Source: a virus (Duplodnaviria; Caudoviricetes). From it: DNA of 64,000 nt. This document shows positions 30,501-40,161 of the stretch, piece by piece. The stretch spans positions 21,197 through 85,196 of the IMG/VR virus record IMGVR_UViG_3300021958_000041; one strand, written 5' to 3'. The notes beneath the pieces were generated by a model. The model saw nothing but the letters and a program-made list of their open reading frames with translations. It searched no databases and was not told where the DNA came from. The translations under genes and the position numbers were made by a program. Every line of letters begins with the position of its first letter. Position 1 is the first letter of the stretch.

Positions 30501-31282
30501 ACTTTCATTTTAATACTGCTACTAATAAATTCTACAAAAAAGTTTCTAATGTTTGGGAAGTTATAACAGATTTGCCTAAAAATTCAGGTACACCCGTAAC
30601 AGCAATCCTTCCTTTTGCGTTAGGCAAAATTACTGGCTCAATAGCAAATAGCCAAGTTGCATGTACTATAACGCAAAGCAGTAGTGGTGTATATGATGTC
30701 GCTTTTGCCACAGAGCAAGCTAATACTAACTACACCATATTTACTGACTCAGAGGGAATAAGCGTAGGTAGGGAGAAAATTTCAAATAAAACAACTAATG
30801 GATTCAGAATAGAGCATCTTGATAGTAGTAATGCTGTAATAAATGAAGATTGTTCTTTCATTTGCTTTGGCGAAAGTCCCCAAACGCATATTGGAACAAC
30901 TGTAGAAGAAAACATTATTCTTGAACTGACAGAAGAATTTGGTCAGCCTCAAGCGGGAACAGTGATAAATGTAAAATCATTAAGACTACCTTATAACTTC
31001 AGAATAACTGGCATGACTGCATGGTGTAATGCACCATTTGAGGACGCCCCTCAGGTCACGCTTTCAAATGAAATTAATGAAGATATTTTAACTCAGAACT
31101 TAACTCTTCCAAGTAGTCATTTATCTTCAAATACCGCAGGCTCAAGCAATCAAGCAGTTGTTGATACTAGTAAAAGAGATATAGATGCATATAGCTTGAT
31201 TCAAGTTGGAACAATTTGGTCTGATGGAAAATCTGGTCATGGCTTGAAAGTGGTTATCCAAGGAATAAGAACTTCTTTCTAA
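27569..31282 (+). CDS. collagen-like tail fibre protein
   Basis: Many Gly-X-Y runs (GPQGIQGTQGITG, GDKGEKGDQG), G.dGD.Y..T knob motifs, duplicated ~100-aa module. Confidence 0.82.
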   Translation: MSYLIFPSGGGGTGATGAAGADGDTIEAGASAPNTAGGAVGNRRYWLDTSTNEFYFLAANVSPSPIGNWTKIADFSGPTGAAGSNGLNGIDGASGDQWTHAQLNNIAPSDKGTADVFDEYQLDTDTGKVYHCAANGKTWALVANFTGPQGIQGTQGITGNVGPTGSAGASGSQWSSGTNAPSNSNGNHNDFYFKSDDRGIYKKTDIYATIAVTIPTFAVGDVVEFNYFDGTSQQTATITIGTSVVSTNTTFTAGAATIARSGSQNTDAAAIVVLINTISGYSATRNNADITITADTAGNAYNSLLDITLSGTTTSTNGVGSISWDLLATISDGPQGAQGLTGNTGLTGATGATGNTGNDGEDGSLWTSGVTDKLPSEGKLGDFHFNTLTFDLFEKREVPHISKITISNQEDGVLGVDFDANGEMLFDSFDANEKATYKRDVSPDPDYIVVFNDDDSQWELRLDDKDVDGNYQSSHFAFNPLSSSDDGYYPNPLTWLVNATNWPSSSAAVGLFENTTASSQKTNWYTVVNLEVGGAAGEGVPSGGTAGQVLSKATATDFDTTWVDAGGAGTKLEGWETDTDGNLVPENDQAQNIGSPTRQLHSLYVSGKSIYIDNKKLSVDSDSNLFYQTDGGSKVLLTQANGTESKSGTANITVGTVTTGAAGTDASVSNSGNATDAVFDFTIPKGDVGPAGPQGTAGYNGSISIEASVSNASALPSSLGAGDAGKGYITQNDGALHLWDGTKFVNLGAVRGEKGDTGDTGASSTFIQGTTDPQASDGNDGDLYINTNSGDLFGPKNTTWGSAISNLKGPAGTRGTDGLKGNDGTAGQVTIGTVAHGSTAAVTNTGTSSVAVLDFVLPKGDKGEKGDQGNTNAVTITGNVASSANLPSGLGLSDTGNGYISNDTKELHVWVGTEFINVGGVHGPAGEDGKGWTSGAYDPSTGITSFESDDGLGFQTTDIRGSGWTSSNQAPTGGKNGDFHFNTATNKFYKKVSNVWEVITDLPKNSGTPVTAILPFALGKITGSIANSQVACTITQSSSGVYDVAFATEQANTNYTIFTDSEGISVGREKISNKTTNGFRIEHLDSSNAVINEDCSFICFGESPQTHIGTTVEENIILELTEEFGQPQAGTVINVKSLRLPYNFRITGMTAWCNAPFEDAPQVTLSNEINEDILTQNLTLPSSHLSSNTAGSSNQAVVDTSKRDIDAYSLIQVGTIWSDGKSGHGLKVVIQGIRTSF

Positions 31283-31283
31283 A

Positions 31284-34200
31284 ATGAGTACAAATTACCT
31301 CCAAGCACCACCTACGTCGGATGGTACTGTTTTAAGTACAACAACCCCTCTAGTATTCGGTAAGGAAAACTGCTTTCCTTATATAAAACTTTTTGCTACT
31401 GACTGGAGTGGATTAAAAGAAGAAGAAGTAGAAGCGTTAGGTGGACACCTTATGCAAATGAATCGTTTTGTAACAAAACATACGCAGGGTTTATCAAAAG
31501 AACATTGGTCTCCAGAATGCATTAAAACTGTAAATAAGTTTTGGTATGACTCCAACCAATGGATGTATAATGTCCCAGAGGAATATAGAAAAATACTAGA
31601 CCGAAGATATGAAAACTACGGACAGTATATAGGAAACTGGGAAAAAATTAATTTCACAACACCCGAAGAGCGAGTTGCGTGGGAAAATATAAATAATGCT
31701 GGCTTCCTAGACCCTGATGTTAATTTTAGTGCATTACCTCCGTGGGAAGACAATTCCTTGGAAGCAGTACTAGATAGAGGTGAGCTTCAAATTCAATCGG
31801 ATAGAACTCAAAATAATTCTATTACTGGTAGTTTTTATCATGGTTTTGGGGATAATAAAAGGTTTGACTCAATGCTTATTGCATCCGCCAACAAGCCCGA
31901 ATTAACTGAGTTTGTCAGGCAGATTTCCTTTCACTTCAAGCACCATACTGATAAGTGGAATAAAGAGGGTCATAAATTTGACCCTAATAATTTACCTTAT
32001 TATTCATCCTTTGCACATCAAATGAGTAGTGCGAGCGGTGGGGCTGAAAAAATATCTCATAATTTACTTGGTGATTTTGAGTGGGATGGAGTAGAGACAG
32101 AAGATTTTGTGGAATCGGAAGGACTATTAAATGTAGCATTTGAACCCAAGAAAGTATTTAGAAACACATCAACAACTGGTGATTATAAGGATTATAGAAT
32201 AGTTTGGCATTCACAAGGAATACCTGATTCAAATAATGCCCCAACTTGGGTTATAGCTACTGATAAAGTTGAAAGTAAGACTCATACTCTAGCAGGAGAT
32301 ATGGTTGTGGAGTTTCTTTCTGGAACACACAACATTAATGCAAGAAATTTGGGTTATCCAAGTGATGCTATTTCTTCAATAAAGGTAACACAGAATGGAA
32401 TAACTCATACCTATAGCTATACACAAGGGCCAAGAAGATTGGATAAAGATGGAAATCTACCAACAAAAGGTTTTCAAACAGACGAATACTTCTTTGCATC
32501 TAGCGTATATGACCAAGGTAACCTTACAGAAGTAGTTTATGACAACAATAAGGCCCCATCCAATAATTACCAAGGTAATTATTTGTACACCATTTGGCGA
32601 GAAGAAAGATTACAAATTATTCATAAAGATGGAGTTTTCCAAGGTATAGTCATTTCATACCTGAAAGATATGGAGACAACCTCTATTCAATTTAACAATA
32701 AAACAAACCCTGACCCCTTAGACCCAAATAATCAAACTTGGTACAAGGAGTCATATACTTTTGATAATAATTCATTAATATCACGTGGTGATAAGTATAT
32801 TTTAACCTCCGACTATACTACGAAAACTCAACATACTGTTATTGATGACTTTTCGGGTGGCGTAGATAACTTAACAAACGGAAGCTCAAAGCATCCACCA
32901 AGTGTTTTTACTTACCAAGCAACAAGAACTCCTGCTTATTTTTACAACCAAAAAGAGCTTTATGACCCAAGTTGGTCTATATGTGCCGAACTACCTGATG
33001 TACTAGAAACTAAAGAATACTGCTTAATAGATACATATGACTATCACACTGAAGCTGGAGGTAGTCATACATGGAGAGGTATAAAGATTAGCTACTATCA
33101 TGATACTGTCACATCTGGTAATTGTAATTTTTCAGTTCAAACTACCGATGTGAGCGGAGGGACAGCAACTAGACCAGCATTTACACAAGAAATTAAACAT
33201 CAAATAGATTTCAGTAATACAACTGCTCAAGGCGTAAGCATGAAAAGGTTCATTGCTTGCGTAAAATGCGATGGAGCCAACTCGCAGGTGGATTTGGTTT
33301 ACAATAGAGGAAGTGAAACAATAACAGGTACACTTGACTTCAATAAGACCGACCAACTGAAAGGCATAGTTGTCGGTATGCCTACAGACACAAGCCTAAA
33401 TTACTTACAAGGTGGATGGGAAGGCAAAATAGCAGAGCTATTTAATTCTGCAGCCACCTCAGGTGAAGATATTGATTCTATTGTTGGGTATTTATCGCAT
33501 AAAAATGGAATAGAACTTCCAGACACCCATCCATATTATGATTCCTGCCCATCAGGGTGTAAAATAATATGTGACCCATGTATGTATATAGATGAAGAAA
33601 CATGCATAAGTATACCAGATGTGAATCCTACAATTAGGTATAGTGTAGACCAACCTTTTTTTAATCAAATAAACAAAAGTGGTGATTTTGGATTTGGGGT
33701 AACATCAATTCCTTATTCTTCAAGGGAAGATGAAATCTATGATGGTGTTGCTGGCGAACGTATTGAGCAAAATGATGACAGGGTTGTTAGAGATAAACCT
33801 TACACTGGCGAGAAAACAGTTGAAATAAAAAATTTAACACTAGACGGAAGACCCTGTGATATAACACATATATTAAGTTTATCAGGAATGATATATAGGA
33901 GTGACGAGGATTGTCCAACTGGTTCTCCTACATTTTCCGCAAAGAAAGCAGTATGCTGTGAAGTTGATGATGTTGGTACAACTAAATTGATGGATTTTAA
34001 TCAAGACTTCGACCAGACCCCTGGCGACTTCATGACAGATGAGGAAAAAACTAAGCTAGAAGAGCGTTGTAAAGCGTTAGGTAAGTCAGAGCAATATGAC
34101 CATATAGTTAATGGCGGAATAAGTGTTTTAAGCACAGGCGAGGTACCAATAAATGCAACTTATAACCCTGCAACAAAGAGGGTGATTCACTATATTAGTA

Positions 34201-34862
34201 GCCACAATCCTGCATATCATAATCCAGAGCGTTACGATTTTGATAAAGAAGCTATGAATGAGCAATTTGATTGGCATACTGAAGCTAATTTTGGGGAATG
34301 CTTAGGTGAAGCATGCTGCCCAACAACTACAACTACCACGACTCGCCCGCCAATTCACCCAGTAGAATGCTTCGTAGACCCGAAGAAGGATGCAAATTGC
34401 AGACCCTATCTTCAGGTAAAAGTAAAAATGACAGCACAAGGATTAGCTTCAGTAGGTCTAGCGAGTGATGGATGGGCTAGAGGTTTAGCAATATATGCAA
34501 ACACTACAGGTGATTGTGAGCTTGACCCTGACCCTAGTCCTTCTGGGAATAACGTTGAAGAATCTTTTACTAAATCTACATCCACTGAAGAAGAATTAGA
34601 ACAAGGAAGTTCTAATTCAGTTATATCTGGAGGTATGGTAAGTAATTCAAGAACTTTCACAGTAGCTGCATCGTGTGGATGTAATACTCGATGGGTAGTA
34701 AAGTCATTAGGGTTGAACCCAGATGGTGCTAATCAACAACAAATACTATCAGGAAATGTCATTTGCGGTGGTGATTACTTTGTTTCAGAAGAAGAATGCG
34801 ATGCGCTAGAATGCGAAACGACCACGACAACATCTACTACAACTCCTATTTATGGAGCATAG
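31284..34862 (+). CDS. large virion protein with LamG/ConA-like segment, Cys-rich regions and two poly-Thr tracts
   Basis: WEGKIAEL...IVGYLSHKNGIELPDTHPY pattern; CCPTTTTTTTRPP and C-terminal ETTTTTSTTTP. Confidence 0.6.
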   Translation: MSTNYLQAPPTSDGTVLSTTTPLVFGKENCFPYIKLFATDWSGLKEEEVEALGGHLMQMNRFVTKHTQGLSKEHWSPECIKTVNKFWYDSNQWMYNVPEEYRKILDRRYENYGQYIGNWEKINFTTPEERVAWENINNAGFLDPDVNFSALPPWEDNSLEAVLDRGELQIQSDRTQNNSITGSFYHGFGDNKRFDSMLIASANKPELTEFVRQISFHFKHHTDKWNKEGHKFDPNNLPYYSSFAHQMSSASGGAEKISHNLLGDFEWDGVETEDFVESEGLLNVAFEPKKVFRNTSTTGDYKDYRIVWHSQGIPDSNNAPTWVIATDKVESKTHTLAGDMVVEFLSGTHNINARNLGYPSDAISSIKVTQNGITHTYSYTQGPRRLDKDGNLPTKGFQTDEYFFASSVYDQGNLTEVVYDNNKAPSNNYQGNYLYTIWREERLQIIHKDGVFQGIVISYLKDMETTSIQFNNKTNPDPLDPNNQTWYKESYTFDNNSLISRGDKYILTSDYTTKTQHTVIDDFSGGVDNLTNGSSKHPPSVFTYQATRTPAYFYNQKELYDPSWSICAELPDVLETKEYCLIDTYDYHTEAGGSHTWRGIKISYYHDTVTSGNCNFSVQTTDVSGGTATRPAFTQEIKHQIDFSNTTAQGVSMKRFIACVKCDGANSQVDLVYNRGSETITGTLDFNKTDQLKGIVVGMPTDTSLNYLQGGWEGKIAELFNSAATSGEDIDSIVGYLSHKNGIELPDTHPYYDSCPSGCKIICDPCMYIDEETCISIPDVNPTIRYSVDQPFFNQINKSGDFGFGVTSIPYSSREDEIYDGVAGERIEQNDDRVVRDKPYTGEKTVEIKNLTLDGRPCDITHILSLSGMIYRSDEDCPTGSPTFSAKKAVCCEVDDVGTTKLMDFNQDFDQTPGDFMTDEEKTKLEERCKALGKSEQYDHIVNGGISVLSTGEVPINATYNPATKRVIHYISSHNPAYHNPERYDFDKEAMNEQFDWHTEANFGECLGEACCPTTTTTTTRPPIHPVECFVDPKKDANCRPYLQVKVKMTAQGLASVGLASDGWARGLAIYANTTGDCELDPDPSPSGNNVEESFTKSTSTEEELEQGSSNSVISGGMVSNSRTFTVAASCGCNTRWVVKSLGLNPDGANQQQILSGNVICGGDYFVSEEECDALECETTTTTSTTTPIYGA

Positions 34863-34864
34863 TT

Positions 34865-35674
34865 ATGTCACTGAATTCATTTTGTGCTGTCGCAAATAGT
34901 AAGTACAAAAAAGAAGCTGCTTTTTTAATATATTCAATACGAGCATTTTACGAACACCCGATACTGCTGTATTGCGATGTTGACACGAGACAATATTTAA
35001 AAGGTTTTGGATTTAAGAATATATTCTATCGTGACCATTTAAATCAGACAAAACTTGGTGAGATAAACCAAAAAGTAGTTCACGTAAAACGTCACAATGA
35101 GTTCCATTCTCCTGAGTATATATACTTAAAGATGGACGCTATGGAGGAAGCCATATCAAACTTTGGAAATACATTGTTTGTTGATTCTGATATATGCATA
35201 GTAAGACCAATTGCTAATGAAATGCCAATTGATGATTTGGGACTATCGCCCCATTATAGCGAGCGTAATTATGTTAAGAGTACAATTGCGTTTGGAATCT
35301 TTAATGCAGGCTATGTATACGCACAGAACAAAGAAGTACCACAAGAATGGAAGCATATATATTTAAATGAATCTAAGTTTTACGAGCAAGAAGGTATGTA
35401 TAAACTTATGAATAAATTTAAATTTTCTATTTTTGATAAAACACACAATGTAGGATTTTGGAGATTCAATCAGCAATGGACGAATGGCAGTTTAGTTAAG
35501 TCAAGCTTGCAAGGTGTAGATAAATCCAATGTAAAATCTTGGCATTTTCACATAGATATGGACACATACAAAAGTGCTGATAAAGTGTTAAGAGATGGAT
35601 ATAAACAAATATACGATGAAATTATATTATCTTTGCCACAACATATGAAATGGTTTTTAAAGAAACTGACATGA
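34865..35674 (+). CDS. nucleotide-diphospho-sugar transferase (GT8/GT77-like)
   Basis: LFVDSDI (DxD), FNAGY, FYEQ motifs; start chosen at ATG 3 nt after upstream stop (ORF track starts at 34796). Confidence 0.72.
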   Translation: MSLNSFCAVANSKYKKEAAFLIYSIRAFYEHPILLYCDVDTRQYLKGFGFKNIFYRDHLNQTKLGEINQKVVHVKRHNEFHSPEYIYLKMDAMEEAISNFGNTLFVDSDICIVRPIANEMPIDDLGLSPHYSERNYVKSTIAFGIFNAGYVYAQNKEVPQEWKHIYLNESKFYEQEGMYKLMNKFKFSIFDKTHNVGFWRFNQQWTNGSLVKSSLQGVDKSNVKSWHFHIDMDTYKSADKVLRDGYKQIYDEIILSLPQHMKWFLKKLT

Positions 35675-37239
35675 TTAATTATGTTTATTGCAGTACTAAT
35701 CCCGACCAAAAGAAATTAGCACAAGGTATAATTAATTATTCATTTGTAAGTGGATGTCCTATATATGACCAATATTCATCAGGAGATTACGGGGCAGAAA
35801 TTGTAAGCAAATTAACAGGTAAAATTTTTGTGCAATGGATGATTGCAATTTCAGATTTAGAGAAAATAGCTAAACCAGATTGGTACTTTTGGGTTGGTGT
35901 AGATTATTTAAATTATTTAAAAAGCGGAAAACAGCCAGCTAATGTTAAGTACATAGCAAATTGTTACCATGTACAGCAGAAATTACTCGAAGATTATGGA
36001 ATAAAATCGCGCGTAATATCAAGAATTGGTAAAGCTGTAGAGATTAAGAAAACTTTTCTCGATTTTAAAAAAATAAGAATCGGTATACTCGATGTATGGC
36101 ATGAATCATATAAACATAAAGAAATATATGATAATTTAAATACTTCCTTAATAAAAGACTTTGAGCTTTTTGGCACAGGGCAAGGAGAATATAAATTACA
36201 CGACAACACTTTATTAGATTCAGAAATTAAAGAAAAATGTCCATATATAAGATTATGCGAATTTAATACACTTGATATGGATGTGTTACTCGTAAGTAAT
36301 TTTGGTAATGAAAGTAATATTAATAAATGTTTAAATGATGGAGTTCCAGTTGTTTCTGTACCAAGCATATATGCGCTAGATTTAGAAAAGAAATACAGTT
36401 GCATAAGTATTGCACGAGGTGGTAACTGGGGGGATGCGGTAATTAAGTCCTTAAGCCCACAAATAGTAAACGGGAGAAAGCAAATAGCTAGTCTAACATC
36501 AGATGAGCAGATGCAAAATATTTTTCATAGCTATAGCGCGAAGCTCGATTTAAGGCATAGAAAATTAAATAAAATAAATATCTTTGGTATGTTTAGAAAT
36601 AATGAAGATACTATTGGCAAAACGCTTTCATATCTTAAAATAAATGAGAGAAAAATAAACGTGCCATGCTCTTACTATCTATATGAAAATGATAGTGATG
36701 ATGATACTCCCGAACAAATTAAGGAATTTTATAGACATACGAACGGAAAATATAAAAGTGAAATACTTGGGAATAAAATGCATGCAGGAACCTCACGCCC
36801 TGAAAGATTGAGAGACTTAGCAATATATAGAAATAAGATGAAAGAGCTATGCGATGATTGGTCAAGTGAGTATAGTTTCATAATTGACAGTGAGATAGAC
36901 TTTCCTTCTGATATATTTATAAAAATGATTACAACCTTAGAGTCTCATAAGGATTGTGTTATGGTAACACCTTTCGGGACTCATGAATATAACAATGAAT
37001 ATTATGATATTTTTGCATACCTTAATAAGCAAGGGGAGAAGACGCCCCCTTCACCCCAGCGTATATCGGAAGCTAATTCCGCTTTTTCAGGGTTTGCGTG
37101 CATTAAAACCAGCGTATTTGAGAAGTGTCATTGGAACGCTCTTGCTGATGTTAGCGAACATATCTTCTTTTGCGATATGGTGCGTCAGTACGGAAAAATA
37201 ATCATAGACCCATCAATTAAGGTAACTTGGAAAAAGTGA
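35671..37239 (+). CDS. two-domain glycosyltransferase (C-terminal GT-A domain)
   Basis: C-terminal YENDSDDDT, LAIYRN, IIDSEI, YYDIFA, SAFSGF, SEH motifs; N-terminal half weakly GT-B-like. Confidence 0.65.
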   Translation: MINYVYCSTNPDQKKLAQGIINYSFVSGCPIYDQYSSGDYGAEIVSKLTGKIFVQWMIAISDLEKIAKPDWYFWVGVDYLNYLKSGKQPANVKYIANCYHVQQKLLEDYGIKSRVISRIGKAVEIKKTFLDFKKIRIGILDVWHESYKHKEIYDNLNTSLIKDFELFGTGQGEYKLHDNTLLDSEIKEKCPYIRLCEFNTLDMDVLLVSNFGNESNINKCLNDGVPVVSVPSIYALDLEKKYSCISIARGGNWGDAVIKSLSPQIVNGRKQIASLTSDEQMQNIFHSYSAKLDLRHRKLNKINIFGMFRNNEDTIGKTLSYLKINERKINVPCSYYLYENDSDDDTPEQIKEFYRHTNGKYKSEILGNKMHAGTSRPERLRDLAIYRNKMKELCDDWSSEYSFIIDSEIDFPSDIFIKMITTLESHKDCVMVTPFGTHEYNNEYYDIFAYLNKQGEKTPPSPQRISEANSAFSGFACIKTSVFEKCHWNALADVSEHIFFCDMVRQYGKIIIDPSIKVTWKK

Positions 37240-37764
37240 ATGAAAGAAAGGATAATACAAGCAAGTCCTGGCCACACAGGAAGTACTATTCTAGTAAATT
37301 TACTATATGGTTTATTAGAACCAAATTCCGATGTGAACTTTCAAGGTAAAACTGAGAACCTTGGAAAAAAATTTATTACCAAAACGCATAAACTGAACCT
37401 TGATTCCATCATCAATAATTTAAAAGATAATGAAATATATTTTGTAATGTCAGAAAGGAACGACAAGAAAGTAAAAAAACTGATAAATCAAAAATACAGA
37501 AACTATAAAAATGTATTAATATTCAATTTTTTTGAATTACTTGAAACTGAAAATAATACTATCTCCCAGATATGCATAAATGCAGAAAAGAAGCTAAGAA
37601 AGTTTTTACCTACGACAGCATTGAAATATGCAAAAGGTGATTTGCAAACAATGAAAAATAGAATAATTGCCATGAATGCGACTTATGAAAAAATTAAAAA
37701 CGAACCTTTTTCATATGTAAATAAGTTTTATCATATTCATGGCTCACATAGAAACAGGAAGTAA
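37240..37764 (+). CDS. sulfotransferase-like protein
   Basis: QASPGHTGSTILVNLL resembles the 5'-PSB loop; TKTH motif; short. Confidence 0.5.
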   Translation: MKERIIQASPGHTGSTILVNLLYGLLEPNSDVNFQGKTENLGKKFITKTHKLNLDSIINNLKDNEIYFVMSERNDKKVKKLINQKYRNYKNVLIFNFFELLETENNTISQICINAEKKLRKFLPTTALKYAKGDLQTMKNRIIAMNATYEKIKNEPFSYVNKFYHIHGSHRNRK

Positions 37765-37768
37765 AGCT

Positions 37769-38440
37769 ATGATAGACACTAAAAATAAAATAATTTTCAT
37801 TCACATACCTAGAACTGGAGGTTCTCAATTTAGTAATCATTATTATAATGATGTTCTCTCAGAGCATTTGCCCGTTGAAATATATAGCAATTATTGCAGT
37901 TACGGAGACTTTGACGCAAAGCATTTTAGGTATAAAGATTACAAGCATTTTATTGGTCCTAAAATAAATGAATATAAGATTGTTACTGTTGTAAGAAATT
38001 CATATGACCTAGCAGTATCTAATTGGATGATGCATTACAATTCGCTAGAAACAAAGAGTGAGGCGTCAAAAGAATTTTGTAAAGATTTTACTTCTTTTGT
38101 TGGGTGGTTAGAGCATCAGAAAAAAGCAGGGAATAAGCACCCCAACTGGACTTTTCTAAGTCCTTATAATTCAATGAAGCAATTAGAATACATAGAGGGT
38201 GCAGAGAATTGCGAAATCATTAGATACGAAAATTACAACCAAGACGTTCGTAAGTTTTTCCTCAACAATTTTGGTATAGAAACTAAATTAAAAAGATACA
38301 CCAATGATGAGTTGAGGAAAAGAGAATCTTATAAAAACAGAAAAATGAACTATTCAATTTATTATGATTCTGACTTAAAAAAAAGAATAGAAAATTTGTA
38401 TAGAAAAGAAATAGATTATTTTGATTATAAAATAGAGTGA
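37769..38440 (+). CDS. sulfotransferase (Sulfotransfer_2 family)
   Basis: FIHIPRTGGS (5'-PSB), TVVRNSYDLAVS (3'-PB), IIRYEN. Confidence 0.8.
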   Translation: MIDTKNKIIFIHIPRTGGSQFSNHYYNDVLSEHLPVEIYSNYCSYGDFDAKHFRYKDYKHFIGPKINEYKIVTVVRNSYDLAVSNWMMHYNSLETKSEASKEFCKDFTSFVGWLEHQKKAGNKHPNWTFLSPYNSMKQLEYIEGAENCEIIRYENYNQDVRKFFLNNFGIETKLKRYTNDELRKRESYKNRKMNYSIYYDSDLKKRIENLYRKEIDYFDYKIE

Positions 38441-39258
38441 TGAAGAATTATATTTTATATAGACTAGGAGATGACGGAATAGGTTGTACTTTATTAAGGT
38501 TTGCATATTTGAATAAGGTATTTCCAGACAAGAAAATAATAATCAGTCCTGAAAGTTGGTGTTATTTTGACAATAATTATGATTATGATGAAATTGCAAA
38601 AGTATTTAATTTCCACCCTAAAGCAATTTTAGCACCGCAAGTAATAAGCAAAATTAAAAAGGAACAAATTTTAAATCCAAGAGCAAAAACAAAAAAGGAT
38701 TCATATTATGAATTAATTCAAAGCTATAATACAAAAGGATTAACAGCTATAGAAATCATTAATTCTACTGAGATTAATGAAGGTAATTTATTATTTTCAC
38801 TTAAAGAACAGCCATCAATGCCATTAAATGCTTCTAATTTAGTAGGTGTACATGCAAGACTTGGTAATGGTGAACTCAGAGTGGATGGAACTTTGATTCC
38901 GAGAATGAATGTATTAATGGAAACTTTCATAAAAAACATGAAAAAGTTTGAAACAAATAATTTTTATGTATGCTCAGATACAGAAAGTTTTATTGATTTG
39001 TGTAAAAAAGAATTTGGCAAAAGAATTATAACGCAATCAAGATTTTATGCGCCAAGAGGTCAAGGGCCAGGACATAAACGTAAATTAAGGAAACAACACA
39101 TGAATCCAGTTGAGCAAATAAAGGAAGCCTTAATAGACATAACTCTATTATCAAAATGCACACATTTAATATGCAACGGAAGCGCCTTTGTTAAATTTGC
39201 TAAAAGTAAAATTAAAAAAGAAAATATTAAAGATGTCAGATGTAAAAAATTTTTATAA
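38437..39258 (+). CDS. NodZ/GT23-like fucosyltransferase
   Basis: DGIG, VGVHARLG, FYVCSDT, ALIDITLLSKCTHLI motifs of alpha-fucosyltransferase-like GT-B enzymes. Confidence 0.7.
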   Translation: MMKNYILYRLGDDGIGCTLLRFAYLNKVFPDKKIIISPESWCYFDNNYDYDEIAKVFNFHPKAILAPQVISKIKKEQILNPRAKTKKDSYYELIQSYNTKGLTAIEIINSTEINEGNLLFSLKEQPSMPLNASNLVGVHARLGNGELRVDGTLIPRMNVLMETFIKNMKKFETNNFYVCSDTESFIDLCKKEFGKRIITQSRFYAPRGQGPGHKRKLRKQHMNPVEQIKEALIDITLLSKCTHLICNGSAFVKFAKSKIKKENIKDVRCKKFL

Positions 39259-40147
39259 AATAAAAAAGCACTTTGAAAGGTGCGAACACCCTGAAAAGTT
39301 TTTCCAAAAAAGGAAAAAACAGTTCAATAGTATAGATGTATCAGAAAGTAGAAACATACAGGGTGGAAGCTTTATAATAGATAATATAGTATATATTAAT
39401 TTAGATTCAGCAGTAGAGCGCAGAAAAGAAACAGAAAAAGCTTTCAAGTCAGCAAACATTAAAAGCTTCGATAGATTTTCTGCGATAGCGGGAATAGATT
39501 ACCCTACGATGAGCGCACTAACTCTTGTCGCAGAAAATAAAACCACAAATTTATTGGATGTAGGTGACAGACTAACTTGGGACAATGCAACAATATGGGA
39601 TGAGGGGAAAACAGAACGTATCCTAAATAGATTAAAGTTCAGAAATAAGGCAGCTGCTGTTATTTCCCATTCAAAGTTATTGGATTTGTGTGTAAATAAA
39701 TATAATAATTGGGTACTAGCATTTGAGGATGATTTTACTTTGAACTATAATTTTGAAGAATTTTTAGAAAAAGTAAGACCATTAACGGAAAAATATGACT
39801 TCATAGTAACAGAGTCACGACAAGGTCTATCACAAAGAAACGGAACAGGAATTGGAGCTTGCGGATATATGTATAATTGCTCGAAAATTCCAAAAGATTT
39901 CAAAAAATATTATTGTGTATCAGATTCAAAATATTTTTCAGATTACACGGCAAAGCCAGTATATATGACAATGAGTGCGGACTTACGTCTCCATAATTCG
40001 TTAAGGCGCGCAAATATCAGAGTCACACATATGGAGGAGCCATTTGTAAATAGTTATGGACTGCATGGATTTTCGCAGTCTGATAGTAGTTACCGAGCAA
40101 GCACAATAGCGGTAAATCCAAAGCTGAATTGTTTCAATGAAGGGTAA
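39233..40147 (+). CDS. GT25-like glycosyltransferase
   Basis: VYINLDSAVERR, RFSAI, SH, LAFEDD motifs; start could be 39188. Confidence 0.72.
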   Translation: MSDVKNFYKIKKHFERCEHPEKFFQKRKKQFNSIDVSESRNIQGGSFIIDNIVYINLDSAVERRKETEKAFKSANIKSFDRFSAIAGIDYPTMSALTLVAENKTTNLLDVGDRLTWDNATIWDEGKTERILNRLKFRNKAAAVISHSKLLDLCVNKYNNWVLAFEDDFTLNYNFEEFLEKVRPLTEKYDFIVTESRQGLSQRNGTGIGACGYMYNCSKIPKDFKKYYCVSDSKYFSDYTAKPVYMTMSADLRLHNSLRRANIRVTHMEEPFVNSYGLHGFSQSDSSYRASTIAVNPKLNCFNEG

Positions 40148-40161
40148 GTAGAGCGGTAGCT

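Noticed and set aside
19688-34862. Diversity-generating retroelement acting on fibre genes
   Set aside because: No reverse transcriptase, and no near-identical TR/VR pair differing at adenines was noticed
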